DNA of 32,000 nucleotides from Wolbachia endosymbiont of Ctenocephalides orientis wCori (GTDB lineage Bacteria; Pseudomonadota; Alphaproteobacteria; Rickettsiales; Anaplasmataceae): NCBI GenBank assembly GCA_028571345.1, contig CP116769.1, positions 1,103,486 to 1,135,485 of the forward strand, read 5' to 3'. Shown piece by piece: positions 27,370 to 32,000 of this stretch (position 1 is its first letter; each line of letters starts with the position of its first letter). The notes under the pieces were generated by a model. It saw only the letters and a program-made list of their open reading frames with translations, ran no database searches and was not told where the DNA came from. The position numbers and the translations under genes were made by a program.

Positions 27370-29062
27370 TTACTACCATTTTTCTTGTTAAAAATAATTT
27401 TATTAGTGATTGTTGAATTAAGGTTATGATATTGCTAAATATCCAATATATAACTAATCCAGCAGGAAAAGAGGAGAAAATGAAAACAGAAATATAAGGT
27501 AAAAATTTCATAACATTCATTTGAATATCATCTTTATTGATTTGATCTTTTTCATTTAATTTCTGTTGGACAATCATTGTCATGCCGAAAGTGATAGGTA
27601 AAATTCCTATTGAAATAGGAAAATTATAGTTAAATAAACCAAATAACGTAAAAATATTTGTAGGATCCGGAGCTGAAAGATCTTTAATCCATAAATAAAA
27701 CGGAGCATGTCTCATCTCTATAGTAACAAATAATACTTTATACAGAGCAAAAAATACAGGTATCTGTATTAACATAGGAAAAATGCCGGATATTGGATTT
27801 ACGTTATGCTTCTTGAATAACGCTATTGTTTCCTTATGCTGCTTTAAGCTGTCATTTTTATACAGCTCTTTTATGCGGTTTAACTCGGGCTGCAGATTTT
27901 TCACCTTGAGCATTGAAACATACGACTTGTGAGATAAAGGAAACATTGCAAGCTTGATTACTAGAGTTAATAACAATATTGCCAGGCCAAAATTCTGTAA
28001 AACGAAATTAAAATATTCAAGCAGTAAAAATACCGGCTTGGTTATGAAGTAAAGAACACCGAAATCTACAGCTTTGTCAAATAAAGGCACGTCAAGAATG
28101 CCTTTATAATGATCAAGTAACTTTAATTTTTTTGCTCCTGCAAAAAAATGGCTTACATTATAAGCAGATGTACCGGGAGGTATGGTCTTGTGAGATTTAA
28201 CAAAATCTGCTTGAAATTTATCAATACTATTGGCATTAGTATGTTTAATGCTTACATTTATTTTATCAGATTTTTCAGGGATAATAGCCGTAAACCAATA
28301 CTTATCGGCAAAACCAAACCAGCTTTTTTCATTAGTATTTGCCTTTATTAATCGCTTCTTAGAGATATCCTTGTATGTCCACTCTTGTAATTTATTGTCA
28401 AATGCTCCCAGCACTCCTTCATGTGATATCCAATAAGTTTCATTGATATTATCGCGTTTGCGATTAATTCGGCCATAAGGAACCAGAACTACAGTATCTT
28501 TTGTATTATTTTCAACAATTTGTTCAATCTTGAACATATAATTGTCATCTAGGGAAATTTCCGTTTTAAATACAACGCCGTTTCCATTATCCCAGAATAA
28601 ATTTATCGCTTTTTTATTAGTCAATTCATTTTCATTCACTTGCCAAACTGTTGTGGAATTTGGAACTTTAATTTTATTACTTGGATCTAGCCACCCAAAT
28701 TCAGCAAAATACACATCTTTTGATTCTATAGGGGATAGCAATGCTACCTCTGAAGAAGGATTTACCTCTGAATGATAATTCGTTAAGATTAAGTCATCAA
28801 GCCTTGCTCCTTTCAAAAAGATTGATCCTCTAATCATCTCATTGGTGAAGTTAATTCTTTGTTTTCTAGTAGCATTAATAATTTCGGAACGATCTTGGTG
28901 TATTATAGAAAGAAGATCATTAAAAGATTCTATGTGCTCAATATTTTTAACAGATGGCTGATTTTCCTCTACATTAAGGAAATTGTCATAAATTATACGC
29001 CAAGACACCATGATTAACATGGAAAGAATGACTGCTAAAATTAGGCTTCTTGTTTCTGACAT
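27362..29062 (-). CDS. yidC: Membrane protein insertase YidC
   Basis: N-terminal TM helix, a large periplasmic domain and a C-terminal insertase core ([39 protein letters not shown]). The start is placed at Met 29062 ([11 protein letters not shown]). The ORF track extends to 29110. Confidence 0.9.
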
Positions 29063-29196
29063 CAAATTTAAGTCAATATACCTCCTTAAAGTATATATTA
29101 AATATTGCACATAAACAATAAAATTTACTAGTTTTTAATAATGACCTTTAATGGTAATTTTTAAAATTTATTTTAATAGTTTCAAATGTTAATAAT

Positions 29197-29703
29197 ATGA
29201 ATGCGGCAAAAAATCTAGTTATCTGGATGGTAATAATAGTTGTCACTGCAATGTTTATTGATTCACACAGAGACGAACTAAACAATAGCTTTTTCAGTAC
29301 CTTTTTACCACATAAAGCAAGGATTCAAAATAGCGGGGGCGGTATTGAATTTACAAAGTCATATGATGGACATTTTTATATTCAAGCTCAGGTTAACGAT
29401 AAAAGCATAACATTCTTGCTAGATACCGGTGCAAGTGATATTGTCTTGTCGCAAAAAGACGCATTACACGCTGGTATCAATCTACATAATATTCAAGACT
29501 TTAAAATATACGACACCGCAAAAGGTCAAGTAAAAGCAGGAGTGGTGCATATACCTCAAATTAAAATAGGAAATTTTTTGGTTAATGATGTGCAGGCAAG
29601 TGTAAACACCCATTCCATGTCTCATTCGCTACTTGGAATGAGTTTTTTAAGGTATTTTCATTTCACTATAAGAGATAGCAAACTACTATTATGCCGTGAT
29701 TAG
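29197..29703 (+). CDS. Membrane-anchored retropepsin-like (clan AA) aspartic protease
   Basis: N-terminal TM helix (LVIWMVIIVVTAMFI). The catalytic motif is FLLDTGASDIVL, with D-T-G at 29422-29430. The C-terminus has LLGMSFL. This matches the bacterial single-lobe retropepsin family pattern. Confidence 0.75.
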   Translation: MNAAKNLVIWMVIIVVTAMFIDSHRDELNNSFFSTFLPHKARIQNSGGGIEFTKSYDGHFYIQAQVNDKSITFLLDTGASDIVLSQKDALHAGINLHNIQDFKIYDTAKGQVKAGVVHIPQIKIGNFLVNDVQASVNTHSMSHSLLGMSFLRYFHFTIRDSKLLLCRD

Positions 29704-29731
29704 AAACATATAGCTAATGCAGATAAGGTTT

Positions 29732-29812
29732 ACCGTTTTTGTCATCCTATGGCTTGACCATAGGATCCAGTAAAAAAACCTGGATTCCAGCGTCACGCGC
29801 TGTAATGACAAC
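29732..29812 (+). repeat. Family 1 repeat, short-form copy
   Basis: The sequence is tgtcatcctatggcttgaccataggatccag-taaaaaaa-cctggattccagcgtcacgcgctgtaatgaca. It has terminal inverted repeats and two internal hairpins. Confidence 0.85.
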
Positions 29813-29999
29813 TTAAGTTGCTTAATTTAATCATAAATTTGTCTTAGGTAAATCTTATTTGAGTTAGCTATAACACCAAGAGATGGTCGAAGCTGAGTTA
29901 TGCAATAGGCCTATTGAGCAATCTCATTTCAAGAGTACAGTCTAGGGTGACAGGCCTTTAAAAAAGATCTACTATCATAAAGTAACGGTACAAAACTTT

Positions 30000-30770
30000 A
30001 TGAAAATCAAAGTTGGAGTAATAGGTTGTTTAGGCAGAATGGGCAGAGCAATACTAAGCGAGTTAATTGCGAACGAAAAGATAGAAGTTGCAGTAGCAGT
30101 TGCACGCTCAAAAATAGGTCCTGATATTTTCATAGCTGAATCAGAAGTAAAGATTACAGATTCTATTGAACATGCATTTGAGTCATCTGATATTGTAATA
30201 GATTTTACAAGTAAGGAATGTCTGTTAGACTGCCTGAAGGCGGCTGTAAAATTTAAAAAACCGCTAGTTAGTGGTACAACTGGAATAGAAGACATAAATT
30301 TAGAGAATTATGCTAAAGAAGTGCCTATATTATGGTCAGCAAACATGAGCACAGGAGTTAATGCATTGCTAAAATTGGTAAAAAAGGCTGCGGAGCTTTT
30401 AGGTAATGAATATGATGTTGAAATTTGGGAAATGCATCACAGCTTAAAAAAAGATGCGCCATCTGGAACATCTTTGGAGCTTGGTAAAACTGCTGCTAAC
30501 GCTTTGGGAATAGACTTTGATGTAAATCAATACGGAGATGATTCAACTATACGCAAGAAAAACAGCATAGGTTTTGCAGTATCACGTGGAGGTGGAGTAA
30601 TTGGAGATCACAGTGTAATGTTTGTTAATTCAAGTGAGCGAATAGAGCTAAATCACAAAGCAATTGACCGTACAATATTTGCTAAAGGAGCTGTTCAAGC
30701 AGCAATATGGCTGTATAATAGCAAGAGGAAAACCCCAGGACTCTATTCGATGCAGGACGTTGTATGGTAA
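30000..30770 (+). CDS. dapB: 4-hydroxy-tetrahydrodipicolinate reductase
   Basis: KVGVIGCLGRMGRAI (NAD(P)-binding) and EMHHSLKKDAPSGT (the DapB signature). Confidence 0.9.
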   Translation: MKIKVGVIGCLGRMGRAILSELIANEKIEVAVAVARSKIGPDIFIAESEVKITDSIEHAFESSDIVIDFTSKECLLDCLKAAVKFKKPLVSGTTGIEDINLENYAKEVPILWSANMSTGVNALLKLVKKAAELLGNEYDVEIWEMHHSLKKDAPSGTSLELGKTAANALGIDFDVNQYGDDSTIRKKNSIGFAVSRGGGVIGDHSVMFVNSSERIELNHKAIDRTIFAKGAVQAAIWLYNSKRKTPGLYSMQDVVW

Positions 30771-31525
30771 GGGAGATACACGCTTCTGTTGAAAATTTGA
30801 ACCTTTGGTATGGTAATAAGCAAGTTTTATTTGATATAAACTTAAATATTTTTAAAAAAGAAGTTACTACTTTTATAGGATCATCCGGGTGTGGTAAATC
30901 AACATTTTTGCGTTGTTTCAACCGTATGAATGACTACGTTCCTGGATGTAAAATTGATGGCAAACTGGATATTGATGGGCTAGGTAATATATATTCGCGA
31001 GATATGGATGTTGTGCTACTCAGAGCAAAAGTTGGTATGGTATTTCAAAAGCCAAATCCTTTTCCAAAATCAATATATGATAATGTAGCATACGGACCAA
31101 AATTGCACAAAATGGTAAAAGACAAGCAAAAATTAGATGAAATGGTAGAAAATAGCTTGACTAAGGTTGGCTTATGGGAGGAGTTAAAAGATAGGTTACA
31201 GGACAGTGCATTGGACTTATCAGGTGGTCAGCAGCAAAGATTGTGCATTGCTCGTGCAATTGCAGTGAAGCCCACTATCTTGTTGATGGATGAGCCATGC
31301 TCTGCTCTTGATCCAATGGCGACCAATGCTATTGAAAACCTTATACAAGAGCTGAAATTAAGGTTTACTATAATTATGGTGACTCATTCCATGAAACAGG
31401 CTAAAAAATTATCCTACAGCATCATTTTCTTTCATAATGGCAAAATTATTGAATCCGGCAGTGTTCAAACTATATTTGAAAATGCTCAATCTTCTTTAAC
31501 AAAAGAATATATTCTGGATCACTAG
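30764..31525 (+). CDS. pstB: Phosphate ABC transporter ATP-binding protein
   Basis: Walker A GSSGCGKST, FNRMND, signature LSGGQQQRL and Walker B LLMDEPCSALDP. It overlaps dapB by 7 nt. Confidence 0.9.
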   Translation: MVREIHASVENLNLWYGNKQVLFDINLNIFKKEVTTFIGSSGCGKSTFLRCFNRMNDYVPGCKIDGKLDIDGLGNIYSRDMDVVLLRAKVGMVFQKPNPFPKSIYDNVAYGPKLHKMVKDKQKLDEMVENSLTKVGLWEELKDRLQDSALDLSGGQQQRLCIARAIAVKPTILLMDEPCSALDPMATNAIENLIQELKLRFTIIMVTHSMKQAKKLSYSIIFFHNGKIIESGSVQTIFENAQSSLTKEYILDH

Positions 31526-31544
31526 GAATATTAGTATAGCTTTA

Positions 31545-32000
31545 TTACGTTTCGTATTCTGCTAATCTAGCGCACGTTTCTGTGATTATCATGTCAAGTT
31601 TTTGATCGTGCTCTTCTATAGGTAAATCCTTGCAGTATTGTTTTTCATAAGCAACACCTATAACCAAGTGGGCATGAAACTTCTCAATTGTTCTATCATA
31701 CCAACCCTCACCAAATCCCAACCTATTAAAATGGTGATCAAAAGCAATCATGGGAGTAATTATAGTATCAGGAACTAGATCTTTATCTACTCCATTCCAC
31801 TCTTCAAATTTTAATAGCTTGTTTTTACTGGGAATTGCTATTTTATAACCTAAATTAAGCAAATGATGCACCAAAGGTATAACGTTTATTTCTCCATCGA
31901 TTGGAATATAAGCAGCGATTGTTTTGCCCTTTATATAACTTAAATTCTGATTAAAGATACGGATAAGAGAGTCTGCTGCATAGACCCTTTCCTCATCATC
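31545..32000 (-). CDS. 5-formyltetrahydrofolate cyclo-ligase (5' end outside the window)
   Basis: The frame stays open from 31874 to the window edge (…KTIAAYIPIDGEINVIPLVHHLL…). PMIAFDHHFNRLGFGEGWYDRTI matches the MTHFS C-terminal motif. Confidence 0.7.
   Translation of the reverse strand, partial: DDEERVYAADSLIRIFNQNLSYIKGKTIAAYIPIDGEINVIPLVHHLLNLGYKIAIPSKNKLLKFEEWNGVDKDLVPDTIITPMIAFDHHFNRLGFGEGWYDRTIEKFHAHLVIGVAYEKQYCKDLPIEEHDQKLDMIITETCARLAEYET

Noticed and set aside
29975-30295. 106-aa minus-strand ORF overlapping the dapB 5' half (similarly 30682-30921 over dapB/pstB)
   Set aside because: It is antisense to genes with strong family signatures and is most likely a shadow ORF.
1-32000. 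Search by eye for tRNA, rRNA, tmRNA, CRISPR arrays, prophage, transposase or cif-like genes and toxin-antitoxin pairs
   Set aside because: No intergenic segment showed cloverleaf-like tRNA features or regularly spaced direct repeats. No ORF resembled an integrase, a transposase, phage structural proteins or CI factors. A covariance-model scan (tRNAscan or Infernal) would be needed to exclude small RNAs formally.

Overview
This is an AT-rich, gene-dense window that reads as chromosome of a Wolbachia-like Rickettsiales endosymbiont. That attribution is my own recognition, based on the housekeeping protein set, a giant ankyrin-repeat gene and palindromic repeats of the form GGTGTCATYCCAGTRCTTGAYACTGGGAT...CAGCGTCAC...GGAATGACA; it needs a database search to confirm. 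I call 33 protein genes. Almost all are core functions: peptidoglycan and lipid II (mrdA, ftsI, dapF, dapB), replication (dnaN, holB), translation (efp, rpsP, rimM, cysS, tsaC), isoprenoids (ispH, ispB), envelope (yidC, mlaFE), respiration (petA), plus grpE, nusB, ribH, tmk, pstB and a CPA2 antiporter. Many genes overlap by 1-8 nt, and classical operons are fragmented. I saw no rRNA, tRNA, CRISPR, transposase, integrase or phage genes, and no multi-gene defence or toxin system. Four things stand out. (1) A 1129-aa ankyrin-repeat protein has a ~430-aa C-terminal region that I cannot assign to any family, making it a candidate secreted effector. (2) A modular palindromic (MITE/RPE-like) repeat family occurs at five loci. 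One copy is embedded in-frame in ftsI and another supplies the last codons and stop of dapF. (3) A second ~120-bp repeat occurs as an inverted pair bracketing efp-suhB-like-dnaN. (4) There is a catalytically degenerate IMPase/SuhB homologue and an FtsI with K-I-G in place of the K-T/S-G box. All similarity statements are by-eye alignments.
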